A stretch of DNA of 64,000 nucleotides from assembly GCA_964016885.1 (NCBI GenBank), contig OZ024740.1:171740001-171804000 (forward strand). The letters are read 5' to 3'. Position 1 is the first letter of the stretch, and every line of letters begins with the position of its first letter. The position numbers and the translations under genes are program-made. This DNA comes from Eledone cirrhosa (lineage: Eukaryota). Shown in pieces: positions 1 to 12,658 of this stretch. The notes under the pieces are model-generated. The model ran no database searches. It saw only the letters and a program-made list of their open reading frames with translations, and had not been told where the DNA came from.

Positions 1-528
1 TTAATAAAAGACATTACCTGTGATTATAAGAAAAAAATTGAAAATAATCAAGAATTTGGAGGGATTTAGTGATATAACTAACTTCTTCCATATAAAGCTC
101 GAGTTTCAGGAATTACTTAACAAATGTTCTTACTTAAAATTATGATGGAATGTTTTCTATCGTAGGAAGCAGGACCAGTTTCAGATGTTCTTTTAATAAA
201 AAGGGTTAAAGACTGGTGAACACCCGAATGCCATATCAATCTACCTACCGTATATTTACATTTAATATATCTCATCATAATGAATAGCTAGGTGATGATG
301 GTAGTGGTGGTGGAGGAGTCGGGATGATGATTATTCAGTTGTCCGAACAAATGAAATCCTACTCGTGAAATTAATCTGTAAGCGACTGATACTTTATCGA
401 CCGCGTAAGAATGAAAGGGATCGTGGACCTCGAATGATTTGAATTTAGAGTGCAGAGAGTTGGAACGAATAGTGCAAAATATTCTATCCGACACTTCAAC
501 GACTTTGCCAATCCATTACCATGAGAGT

Positions 529-775
529 GAGTGCTAATGGTAACATATGTAGTGGTAACATCCACCGCACTTTGAGTGCTAATGGTAACATGTGTAGTGG
601 TAACATCCACCGCACTTTGAGTGCTAATGGTAACATGTGTAGTGGTAACATCCACCGCACTTTGAGTGCTAATGGTAACATGTGTAGTGGTAACATCCAC
701 CGCACTTTGAGTGCTAAAGGTAACATGTGTAGTGGTAACATCCACCGCACTTTGAGTGCTACTGGCAACATGTAA
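529..775. repeat. 45-bp minisatellite, about 5.5 copies
   Basis: Unit gagtgctaatggtaacatgtgtagtggtaacatccaccgcacttt starts at 529, 574, 619, 664, 709, with a partial copy at 754; near-identical copies. Confidence 0.95.
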
Positions 776-882
776 TCCAATACAAACTGTTACATGATTG
801 GTTCGTCGGTGACGAAACCAGTACCCTCCTGGGTCAGCTTGGTGAGAAGGATTGTTAGAAACCTAACAGGACAAAAACAATA

Positions 883-1023
883 ACGGATCAACTCAGAATA
901 TGAATATTTATGGATAAGCTTAAACAGATCATATATATACATATATACATATATACATTTATATATATTGAGCTATTTTAATTGTAAGGGACTATTCTGA
1001 ATTCCTAACTCAATATATACTTT

Positions 1024-1098
<75 letters not shown>

Positions 1099-1231
1099 AT
1101 ATATTGAGTTAGGAATGAATTCAGAATAGTCCCTTACAATTAAAAATAGCTCAATATATATAAATGTATGTATGTATATATATGATCTGTTTAAGCTTAT
1201 CCATAAATATTCATGTTCTGAGTTGATCCGT
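883..1231. repeat. Inverted repeat (arms about 140 bp) with a (TA)n tract as the loop
   Basis: acggatcaactcagaatatgaat...actcaatatatacttt (883-1023) is the reverse complement of aaagtatatattgagtt...attcatgttctgagttgatccgt (1094-1231), with a few indels. Confidence 0.9.
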
Positions 1232-1369
1232 AGAGTGCTAGAAGTGAATTGCATCCTTATATACCGAACATATATATACATTATGTTACTTCCTAAAAAC
1301 AAGGATGACGGAGTATATTAATAAAGATGAAAATGCGAGACCCTAACATCTTCAACTTCGCACTTTCAT

Positions 1370-1408
<39 letters not shown>

Positions 1409-1593
1409 TAATTTAATATATCAACTAACATAAGCGCACAGATGCACGCCCATGCTAGCAAATACACAGGTTATGTCATAGTACCTAGGTGGTTCAATGC
1501 AAGAGAATGCAGAACAATAATATAAAATACGTAAAATAAGAAAATATCTTTTAAAAAAAATTTTCAAAAAACTTTTTACTTACTTAAATTTTC

Positions 1594-1675
1594 ACTCCAA
1601 CTAATTAGTTTCTGCAATGGGATAAAGACAGTTACGTAATCCAACTGTCGAGAATTCATTGCGTCATCAGGGAGT
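1594..1675 (-). ncRNA. Type I hammerhead ribozyme (family A)
   Basis: Reverse complement of the 2003-2084 motif. Confidence 0.8.
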
Positions 1676-2002
1676 CTATTCTCAGTTAAGTCTCCAGGCA
1701 ATGCGCGGACACTGGCGGCTCATATAAAAATAATAATAATTCGGTAGATCGAACAGCTGGCGAGGACTGGATTCTATGTACCGAAATTCTCACTGCTTCA
1801 AGTCAAATGGCCGATTCTAAAGAATCAATCACGTGACACAGAGGCTAGTTAGAAGGAATGGGATGGTAAGATGACCGACGCCTACTAACACCCCAAGCAG
1901 TGAGAATCCAGTCCTCGCCAGCTGTTCGATCTACCGAATTATTATTATTTTTATATGAGCCGCCAGTGTCCGCGCATTGCCTGGAGACTTAACTGAGAAT
2001 AG

Positions 2003-2084
2003 ACTCCCTGATGACGCAATGAATTCTCGACAGTTGGATTACGTAACTGTCTTTATCCCATTGCAGAAACTAATTAGTTGGAGT
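2003..2084 (+). ncRNA. Type I hammerhead ribozyme (family A)
   Basis: actcc-CTGATGA-c-gcaatg...cattgc-a-GAAA-ctaattag-TT-ggagt; stem I actcc/ggagt, stem II gcaatg/cattgc, palindromic loop III, GUU triplet. Confidence 0.8.
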
Positions 2085-2148
2085 GAAAATTTAAGTAAGT
2101 AAAAAGTTTTTTGAAAATTTTTTTAAAAAGATATTTTCTTATTTTACG

Positions 2149-2154
<6 letters not shown>

Positions 2155-2218
<64 letters not shown>

Positions 2219-2228
2219 GTATGTATAC

Positions 2229-2261
<33 letters not shown>

Positions 2262-2289
2262 CGTATATATACATATATATATACATATA

Positions 2290-2345
<56 letters not shown>

Positions 2346-2381
2346 TATATACATATATATATGTATATATATATATATATA

Positions 2382-2460
<79 letters not shown>

Positions 2461-2503
2461 ATACATATATATATACATATATATATGTATATATATATAT
2501 ATA

Positions 2504-2595
<92 letters not shown>

Positions 2596-2730
2596 CGTAT
2601 ATATACATATATATATACATATATATATGTATGTATATATATATCAATGTATGTGTGCATGTGTTGGTATGTGTGGGTATGTGTGGGTATGTGTGTGTAT
2701 GTGTGTGTGTATGTGTGTGTATGTGTGTAC
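2155..2730. repeat. Long interrupted (TA)n tract grading into (TG)n
   Basis: Seen directly; representative of dozens of (TA)n, (CA)n, (GA)n and (TATG)n tracts across the window. Confidence 0.98.
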
Positions 2731-3116
2731 ATACAGAGAGCGAGAGAGGGAAAGAGGAGGAGAGTAGGAGAGAAAACCGAGGGAAAAGGAATGAAAAATA
2801 GAAGAGTGTACGGATGGGCGTAGATGGATGATAGTTTGTTAGACATCTGGGAGGCCAGATAGAGAAAGTGAGAGATAAACAAAAAACAAAGCAAAAAAAA
2901 AAAAAAATAATAATTTGCCTTCTGCTTTTACCGTGATGAAAAATAATTATCTAAAACTAAACTGCAACAAATATTTTCAATAAACATGACATTGTTATCT
3001 CAACGGATGCAGATTTGACCAACCCATAAATATCTAAAGATATACTTGGCAAAAATAGTCATCCCTATTGTATGACATAACATGTTTAATCTGTTATACT
3101 CTCCCCCCGTATCTCT

Positions 3117-3165
<49 letters not shown>

Positions 3166-3193
3166 ATCAAAAGATGGTTAAATGAGTTCCATG

Positions 3194-3264
3194 TATTTTA
3201 TTATGCGCATTTCAAAAACAAATATCATCATGCAATAACATTTGTGTTTTCATCAGATAAAATA
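3194..3264 (-). ncRNA. Type I hammerhead ribozyme (family B)
   Basis: Reverse complement of 3373-3443. Confidence 0.85.
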
Positions 3265-3372
3265 GGAGGACATGATATGAAGGTTAAAAAACACTTGTGG
3301 ATAGTGCAGTTTTAAATCAACATATCACTGCACTATCCACAAGTGTTTTTTAACCTTCATATCATGTCCTCC

Positions 3373-3443
3373 TATTTTATCTGATGAAAACACAAATGTT
3401 ATTGCATGATGATATTTGTTTTTGAAATGCGCATAATAAAATA
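3373..3443 (+). ncRNA. Type I hammerhead ribozyme (family B)
   Basis: tattttat-CTGATGA-aaacacaaat...atttgttttt-GAAA-tgcgca-TA-ataaaata; 8-bp stem I, palindromic ATGCGCAT, AUA triplet. Confidence 0.88.
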
Positions 3444-3567
3444 CATGGAACTCATTTAACCATCTTTTGATCTTATATATTATGTATACTCCAGTCCTAC
3501 AAACTGTAGAGTGCTTCTTATCCGATATCTGCATTGCTTTATTGTACTACAATAAAACTCACCTTCT

Positions 3568-3647
<80 letters not shown>

Positions 3648-3650
<3 letters not shown>

Positions 3651-3830
3651 GGAACAAGTAGGACCCCGATGGCTGAGCTCAAGCCGTTTCGACGGCTAAT
3701 TCTAAGATTTTAGTCCAGAATTAGCCGTCGGAGTCCTACTTGTTCCTATTACCCACTCTATTACCCTAAGTATTGAGTACTTTGGTGCGTTATGGTCCAT
3801 CTGGTTCCTTACCACATTTCCTTCGTTATA
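3648..3830 (+). mobile_element. Family H fold-back element (HHR 3' half plus tail)
   Basis: taggaacaagtaggaccccga... pairs with ...tcggagtcctacttgttccta; tail ends cttcgttata + (TA)n; homologs at 16653, 22940, 33705 and 27834. Confidence 0.85.
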
Positions 3831-3845
3831 TATATTTATATATAT

Positions 3846-4200
3846 AAACGGAAAAAATGAAACGAAATTTAATTTCTCACTCTTAGTATGGCTGTTATTT
3901 AAATATAAGTATGTATACGTACATACATACATGTATACAGACGTACAGTAGTATGTATATATATATATATATATACATACATACATGCACACATATATAC
4001 ATGTACGTATGTATTCACCGAACATTTATTATAATGCTCGGTGTGTTTGTAAACAAACATCCCGAATTAAGCCGTACAGTGTCTAGCAACCATCGTTGCT
4101 TATTTGTTCAACACTGACAAAGGAACGCTGTACTAGTTTCAAGCTTATTAGCTATCGTCAGCAACGTATACCTTCCTGCCAGATGGTTGAACGTCTGAAA

Positions 4201-4203
<3 letters not shown>
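3846..4203 (-). mobile_element. HHR-bearing element, family C
   Basis: Homologous to 23438-24135, 41978-42692 and a fragment at about 10045-10100; TA-flanked. Confidence 0.85.
4125..4167 (-). ncRNA. Minimal type I hammerhead ribozyme (family C)
   Basis: Minus strand acgttg-CTGACGA-t-agct-aata-agct-t-GAAA-ctag-TA-cagcgt; GUA triplet, palindromic ACTAGT. Confidence 0.88.
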
Positions 4204-4276
<73 letters not shown>

Positions 4277-4290
4277 GGAGAAAAATGACT

Positions 4291-4461
4291 TCTAGAGGAC
4301 TAGAACTTTTTCATTCGAAGGAAATCATCAGGGCTTTCCTGATGATTTCTTTCGAATGAAACAGTTTTAGTCCTGTAGAAGCCATTTCTATATTAAATAT
4401 TTATACTCTGCTATGCATTGAATACCTTCCTTACTGTGATTACCCCCCGATTGAACCCGGG

Positions 4462-4463
<2 letters not shown>
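4291..4463 (+). mobile_element. Non-autonomous copy of the 5' terminal region of the Penelope element at 43432 (family D), with a short 5' inversion
   Basis: 4338-4460 aligns by eye with 43447-43567; 4296-4332 is the reverse complement of the HHR core region. Confidence 0.8.
4332..4383 (+). ncRNA. Type I hammerhead ribozyme (family D)
   Basis: ggctttc-CTGATGA-tttctttcgaat-GAAA-cag-ttttagtc-ctg-TA-gaagcc. Confidence 0.75.
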
Positions 4464-4556
<93 letters not shown>

Positions 4557-4571
4557 TATATATATATACAT

Positions 4572-4602
<31 letters not shown>

Positions 4603-4651
4603 CGTACATATATAGGAGGAAGTTATAGTTCACTTGAACAATTTGAAGACG

Positions 4652-4775
<124 letters not shown>

Positions 4776-5569
4776 CACATATATATATATATATATATTT
4801 ACACATACATATATTTGTATATATGCACGAAAGGACTATTTTATATGTATAAATGCAGTCGCATCTTATATATGGAGAGTGGAAACAGATTGTCATCGCA
4901 ATTTGAAGACGTAACATTTTTGAAGAGGTCTTCAAATCTAGAAATAGTAGGCAAGCGAGAGAATTTCTACAATATCAGTTCATCAAAAGTGTTTGCGTTT
5001 GTGCTGCCAAATGATGCCGAAAGCCACTGACCCGCATCTCCGGTCAAGAAGGCGACAGCAACAGGATAATAACATCGACCCCGCATCTTCGGTAAAAGAA
5101 GGCACTCGAGCCTCAGCATACTGCCTGGCAGCCCGAACTGGTAGCAGTTTCATCTCCACCACCTTTAACAAGAGGAAGGCAACGACAACAACTGTGACAT
5201 TAACATCAACAACACACATGTGTATACATAAATATCTCGCCAGCAATCTTCACCATTAACAAGAGGAAGGCAACGACGACAACAGTGATATTAACAACAA
5301 CAACAACAACTCTACCATTAACAAGAGGAAGCAAACCCAAGCATCAGTGACTCACCTCCAGCCACAAGATCCTATGACAAACTGCTAAGTTGCTCGCATG
5401 TGTGCGTGCTGAACTCTGGGTCTTTCCGCTGGGAACAACCCCCTGTCCCCCCCCTTTTTGTACATTCATCCAGTCACTCATTCATTTATAACATTCTACC
5501 TTCCTGTATGTCCTCCTCCATGCAGCCCCTTCTTTTCTCTCTTGTTTTCTGACACCTATATATATATAG

Positions 5570-6900
5570 GTGAGCTATGAGGCCCTCTTACCAGCACTTT
5601 CCCTTCCATCCACACACGCCAGCCACCCATCACTGATGCCGCTCGGTGCCCCAGTTTCCGCCCCCCCGCCCCATCCCCCATCTCTCCAAGCCGACACCTG
5701 CAGCACTTGCAGCACCACTAACAAACGGAAGAGGGGCCGGAACTGTTTGGGCTGCGGCTGCTTCCACCACCTCACCTGCGTTGGCTTGACTCGTCGAGCT
5801 TCCAATGCCCTCGCAGCGTGGAGGTGCAGGAGCTGTCTCTTCCCCACGTCTTCCCAGCCACGGCCGTCTGGCACACCACCAGCTGGGACAGCGAGCTTGC
5901 CTGGCGCCCAAGCCTCGCTGGTCAACATCGCTCGGCTCAGGCGGCTCCGGAAGATCCCACTCAGAATCCCGAGAGCGGCACGGGTGCCGGTAGCCGATGC
6001 CCTTGCTTCCTTGATTGAGAGCGCCCTGGATTCCAATCGAGCCAGTGACTGGGAACGGCTGCTCTATTTCGCGCCACTCGCCCTCGGCCTCCCCAGCTCT
6101 GGCGCTGATCGGGGCGGCCGGTCAACACCAGCCTTCGTCAAGGTCAATGTCTCGTCCTTTGGGCAAGCGCCCATTCCAAGCGTGCCCAGGGATGCCACAC
6201 ACCCCACCCTCAGGTACCCCCTATCCTCCACCCCCGAGGCCAGTGCAAGCGTTTTCGTGACCAGGTAAACGCCAAGCTTATCATGGGTGATGTCTCGATG
6301 CAGTCAGAGTTGTTGCCTCAGAGGACACTGTCCTCCAACCCACCGAGGAGATCCTGGCTGCTCTGCGACTCAAACACCCTGAGCCACCCACTGATCTCAG
6401 ACCCATACCCCCACTTGCTCCTTGTGGCTTCTGATGCAGACATCATGTCCGCCATCAGGTCCTTCCCAGCTAGCAGCTGCGGAGGAGTTGATGGTCTCCG
6501 ACCAGGCCACCTCAAGGAGTTGATATCCCCCCTCTCCACTGAGGCCGGGCGCCGCCTTCTGAGTGCAATTGTGGCGCTCACCAATAGGCTCATCCATGGC
6601 GCCCTGGACCCTTACGCCCGAGACCTCTTTTTTTCGGCCAGCCTCACTGCTCTCGGGAAGAAAGAGGGCAATGTCTTCCGGAGGCTGGCTGCCAAGGTGA
6701 TCTGCAAGTCCGTAACACACGAACTGGGTGAGGAGTTTAGTCCGGTGCAACTGGGTGTCGGCGTGTCTGGTGGCTGTGAGGGGGCCGTTCATGCAACCAG
6801 GCAGTTCTTCGGAACCCGCATCCAGGGACTCCAGGCCCCTCATTGTCAAGCTTGACACGAAGAATGCCTTCAACTCTTTAGGCCGGGATCACCTGATCAT
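5570..6900 (+). mobile_element. Truncated, frameshifted CRE-clade non-LTR retrotransposon ORF (PHD finger plus N-terminal RT)
   Basis: Motifs LRIPRAARVPVADAL, SFPASSCGGVDGLRPGHLKEL, FRRLAAK, QLGVGVSGGCEGAVH and LDTKNAFNS resemble CRE RT; spread over 3 frames; ends before YxDD. Confidence 0.8.
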
Positions 6901-7049
6901 TAACAATTTTCAACAGAACTTTTTCCTTAGAACATAACAGACCAATATACAATGTCTTTAGGCGAACGCATTGTTAGCATGTCTTTTTTTTATGAAGGAG
7001 GACTGATGATCTAACGGCTGAGCCACGTCGTCCCATTAAGAAAGTCACT

Positions 7050-7101
<52 letters not shown>

Positions 7102-7766
7102 TAAAAAAAATGATTAGTTGAACAATTAAAACACACGTGAATTGTATAACGCTAGGACCCGGCTGATCATATTTAGAATTAGGAGTCGGTCTTGTTTTGG
7201 CTATGGATACAACATAATATCTACGGATTGCCTAACTCTTTAATGACGTCTGAGTGTCCTATCGTCCTACTATCTGTCTTCTCTATGTGACCACAAAACC
7301 AAACAAAATACCATATGCTCAATTTATAACTCATTTCACAATGAGGAAGCTCCTACATAGACGCTACAGATGTTTGAAACAACAGCTAAATCTCTCTCAA
7401 ATCACACAGGCTGTCTAAGAATGGAAAAGAACAAATTAGATAATGTCGTGCTAGATACTCAATAATCGACAAAATGATAGGAAGATCAGGAATAGAACGA
7501 CTTTGATCATAGTTCTTCTCAATTAGGCTCATCAGGATCTAAGCAAGAAGAACAGCAACAACAACAATCAGAAGTAAACCAAATACAGATAATAGTCGAC
7601 GGTACATCAATGATGACAACATACATATTTTACCAAGGCCAACATAATAGTAACAGGAAACTCGGAGTAGCAACGGAGTAAAGAGTCAGTTTCAAATAAA
7701 TGGATATATATATATTATAAAGAAGAGAGCCGGTTTTATGTATACACCCTCTATTTATTATATAAT

Positions 7767-7837
7767 CCTGTTATGCACATTTCGAAAACATCAAAGTGAT
7801 TGCATAATAATCCTTTGATATGTTGTCATCAGACAGG
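7767..7837 (-). ncRNA. Type I hammerhead ribozyme (family B-like)
   Basis: Minus strand cctgt-CTGATGA-caacatatcaaag...ctttgatgttttc-GAAA-tgtgca-TA-acagg. Confidence 0.78.
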
Positions 7838-7975
7838 TGTTAAGGTGTTAAGTTTGTCATATTTCTCTGTGATGTATATTGAGGTAAGGGTGTGTGTAGT
7901 GTCGATGGGTGGAGTATGTAGACATTTCTGTGACCGTGTGTTCTAGGTTTAAGAAATGATGAATGAATCCGTACG

Positions 7976-8078
<103 letters not shown>

Positions 8079-8436
8079 CTAGACACCACGTGCATGCTCA
8101 CATAGATACACGGGTGTATATAAAAATAGTATATATACGACAGAATATATAGATATATGTAAAAAGAATATATATATGTTTGTATATTATAATCCGAGAC
8201 TAGGCTTTTTTAGAGGCGGCCTTTACTCGCTTCTCCTATCTACATCACTGAGTTGTGAAAGCTTTCTTGGGGGCTAACAGTGTCACTCAATGCTCCATCT
8301 CCCTTAGTAGTTTACCATTGTTGGTCTGGGGTTGCTTATTCGTCCGGCAGGAGCCCGCTTGTATTGCAACTCACCATCATATCTGGTGACTATATCGCTA
8401 TCTATCACCTGCGACCCGTTCTCGAGCAGAACAGCT

Positions 8437-9785
8437 CTCCCGAGGATGAAATTCGGCCAGAGATTTTAAAAGCCTTAAACAGAGAAGGTATTCTTTGGCT
8501 GATGCTTGTGTACCGGGTGGTCTGTATCTCTGGAAAGACACCTAAGCAATGACAATCGGGAGTGATAATCCCAATTTTCAAAATAGGAGACAAGAGAGAT
8601 TGTTCCAATTACAAAGGGATCTCCCCGTAAAGTGTATGCTAAGTGTCTGGCAAAGAGATGCATGGATATTGTCAAGTCCAAGCTAACTGATGAACGGCGT
8701 GGTTTTCACCCCAGATGCAACACAACTGACCAAATATTCACACTGTGGTAGATCTTTGAGAAATCGTGGGAGTATTGCCAAAAGGTGTATTGTTGTTTCG
8801 TAGACCCCGAAAAGGCATATGACTGTGTTCCACAGGACATATTGTGGAAGGTTCTACAAGAGTATGGGATCGATGATCAGCTTCTTATTGCCCTGATGTC
8901 TCTATATGATGCCCTAGTATTTGTGTTCGGATAAATGATGCTAAATCAAAACCAGTCAACGTGGGGGTTGGACGCCACCAAGGGCGCGTACGGTCACGTC
9001 TCCTGTTCATAATGTTCACAGACAGGATTGATAATTCATCGGAAGGTCATCTATGACATGCACATGATAGGTTTGATGCTGAGTGCTGCACAGCGAGAAG
9101 GAAAATCAGTGCTGAGAAGACTGAGACATACGTCCAATCAAAGAAGCCTGTACAGTACATTCTACATATGAATGAAGTTCCCCTGAAGCTTATGGAGAAG
9201 TTCAAGCATCTTGGGACCTTATTCACGAGTGATGGAAGGCTGTAGAGTGAGATAAGAGCAAGAATTGCAGGATCTGGTGCAGTAACACACCAGCTTCAGC
9301 ATTCGGTATTCAGAAGAAGGGAGGTAATTGTAAAAGCTAAACTCGCAATTTTCAATTCGTGTTAACCCATACATATTTGTCACGAATCTTGGGTAGTGAC
9401 CGAAAGAATACGATCGTGAATTGAAGCGGCCGAGATGGAATTCCCCCGAAGCCTCTTTGGAGTAACTTTACTCAATAGAGTGCTCGGTGATCAGAGTCGC
9501 TCCAGGTAAAACCGCTATTCCTCCGAATTGAGAGACCACAGCTCTGTTATTACGGAGATGAGGTTAGAATGGATAGATTTTGCAGGGAAAACCAACCGAC
9601 AGGTGACCCAAGGGTAGATCCTGTGCAAGATGGTTGGATAATATTTATGAGCTTGGCTGATCTGGCTTGGGGAACCAGCCGGATCAACTGGAGATGGTTG
9701 CCTCTGACAGGACCCGCTGGAAGGCGTACTTGAGGAATCTGCCCCAACGGCCCCTCCACAGAAGAAGACGACGAAGAAGAAGATA
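8437..9785 (+). mobile_element. Decayed RTE-clade LINE (RT pseudogene, 3' GAA-rich tail)
   Basis: Translations DEIRPEILKAL, IIPIFKIGDKRDCSNYKGIS, GFHPRCNTTDQIFTL, FVDPEKAYDCVP with stops and frameshifts; tail gaagaagacgacgaagaagaaga. Confidence 0.85.
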
Positions 9786-9971
9786 GAATGAAAAATAAAA
9801 GAAGAAAGTAACGTGAGTAGAAGAAACTGAAAAATACACATACATGCAAAAAACAAAAAAAAACAAAAAACAGACATAATTCCAAGTATGGTAACAGACA
9901 TACACATTTAAAAACATTCAAATGTTATAAATGGATTATCGTCGATAGTGGATTATTATATGTAAATACGC

Positions 9972-10039
<68 letters not shown>

Positions 10040-10097
10040 GAATAGAATGAAACGAAATTTCATTTCTCACTCTTAGTACGGCAGTTACATACATACT

Positions 10098-10186
<89 letters not shown>

Positions 10187-10356
10187 GCATACATACTTAT
10201 TGTTACATGCCTATACACACATTTCGCTCGTAAAAACATTTGTTAATATACAAACTTAACCCTACTGACACACATATATACACGTGCCTATGAAAATATT
10301 AAATCATGTGTATATGTCATAGGTATATACAAATACATACATTAACAGACACATGC

Positions 10357-10425
<69 letters not shown>

Positions 10426-10480
10426 ATATATATACACACATAATGTGTGTGTGTCTATATATATATGTATATGTATGTAT

Positions 10481-10515
<35 letters not shown>

Positions 10516-10524
10516 CACACACAC

Positions 10525-10581
<57 letters not shown>

Positions 10582-11117
10582 AACACTTATATATATATTT
10601 GAGATATTATTTACCTTTATAACTGCTGTCAACTTTCATGTGTACTCCTGTTTTAGTTTAAAGTAATCACAGTGCAATGTATTTACTTTGTCTCTCTCTT
10701 CCTCTTTTCAATGTAACAATTAAAGAATGTAACCACCGAACTGGGAGTCAATCATAAATTTTCTCATAGAGGCGGCCTGCTTGCAATAGGATAATACAAT
10801 ATATTAATATATAACTGGTTATAAAAGGGTGAGGGAAATTTGTGAAGAGAGATCAGTCAAGGGAGAAGAGATAAAAGTGATAAGAGGATGGGTCAAGATA
10901 AAATTTTGTGATCCTCGTGGAAGTGTTGAGTCGGTTTATAATATAAATAGAATCACGTTGTGAACATTATCGATATTTAGATTAGAATTTAAAAAATCGA
11001 TCAAGCCAAGAGTTCAATATTTGTAGTAACCAGTCTTGAAGTCAAATTTGGATTAAGCATGTATTACATTTTGGCATTGTTTCATGTATACATATATACA
11101 TTTAAGTGTGTCTCTGT

Positions 11118-11260
<143 letters not shown>

Positions 11261-11607
11261 TGTATGTATGTATGTATGTATGTATGTATGTATGTGTATA
11301 TCTATACAATTGTATGGCTATACGTGTGAGTGTATGAGAGAAAGTTGCGAGGTGTTTCTTTTTTTGTCTTTGTGCGTACCTCTAACGTGTTTTCTGAAAT
11401 ATAGGAATAACAGGTGTCAGTTGTTTTATGTAGGTTCGGATCGCTGCTTATTTGAACCTTCTCTGTATAGAATTCAGTGCTGAATCTTACTTATTACAAA
11501 CACTTACATAAATATACGTACTCACACTCCCTTACACTCGTGCTAACACTTAAAAGCTAGTGTTTGTATGTGACTATATCTATATACACACACACACACA
11601 CACGTAC

Positions 11608-11683
<76 letters not shown>

Positions 11684-12315
11684 CGTGTGTGTGTGTATAG
11701 ATATAGTCACATACAAATATATATATAAATATACATACACACACACATATATATATGTGTGTGTCGTGGAAAAGTTGTTTGTAGATATAACTATATAAGT
11801 ATAATGTGTGTGTATGTAAGTCTGCGCTTGATGTATGTGTGTAGGTGAGATTTGAGTACAGTGTGGGTGTGAACATATGTGAATGCCTATGTACTTGAAA
11901 GACTTATAGCAAACGCTCAAAAACACGCATACATTAACATATACACACACATTATGAAATGAAACATTACGTCCGGATATAGTCGTGCCCATATAAAAAC
12001 ACACACACATATATATATTTATATATACACGTACATATACACACGCACACACACATATCTATATATATATATATTTATATACTCGTACACACACACGCAC
12101 ACATATAAGTACATAAACATATACACACGTACATACACATATACATTCATTAACTCACATGGATGCGTGCATCTTAATATATCCACTTTTATATATTGTT
12201 TGACGCAAAGGCGAAGAGTGAGCAATCATATACACATTATGTTAATAAAGCGTGTCTTTCTTTCTTTGACTGCGATCACACACATGTACATAAACACACA
12301 GACACACACACACAT

Positions 12316-12396
<81 letters not shown>

Positions 12397-12574
12397 ATAT
12401 AAAACGAAAAATCAGTGATGCATCTGAACTCAATTTATTGTGTGTTACAATTGTTTGGCCGGCAGACAGCTCGAGACACGATCATTGTGTGGATCTGTCT
12501 GATTCTGGATCTGCAGGTTCATCGGACACTTCTAATGACTTCGGATCAAATTTTCCTACTGGGGTGTTAGCGTC

Positions 12575-12658
<84 letters not shown>

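Larger units (their letters stand above)
1416..2155. mobile_element. HHR-bearing non-autonomous element, family A, fold-back copy
   Basis: About 1521-1775 is the reverse complement of about 1903-2155; homologous to 56501-57729; (TA)n/(GA)n on both sides. Confidence 0.85.
3161..3570. mobile_element. HHR-bearing element, family B, with an internal inverted duplication
   Basis: 3161-3310 is the reverse complement of 3327-3476; an uninverted homolog lies at 49075-49335; TA tracts on both sides. Confidence 0.9.

Noticed and set aside
150-222. Possible small exon (ttttctatcgtag|GAAGCAGG...)
   Set aside because: Only a plausible acceptor; no recognisable protein similarity.
529-775. CRISPR-like array
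   Set aside because: Contiguous tandem units without unique spacers; eukaryotic context, no cas genes.
1521-3476. Fold-backs as assembly or amplification chimeras
   Set aside because: Other fold-backs have diverged arms or later SINE insertions and are confined to specific families. The two identical-arm cases still need read-level confirmation.
6998-7035. CTGATGA motif
   Set aside because: No GAAA after a stem II.
8686-8695. CTGATGA motif
   Set aside because: Inside RTE coding sequence; no HHR stems.
12430-12575. Minus-strand short frame ending in a stop plus AATAAA
   Set aside because: No splice acceptor or identifiable product.
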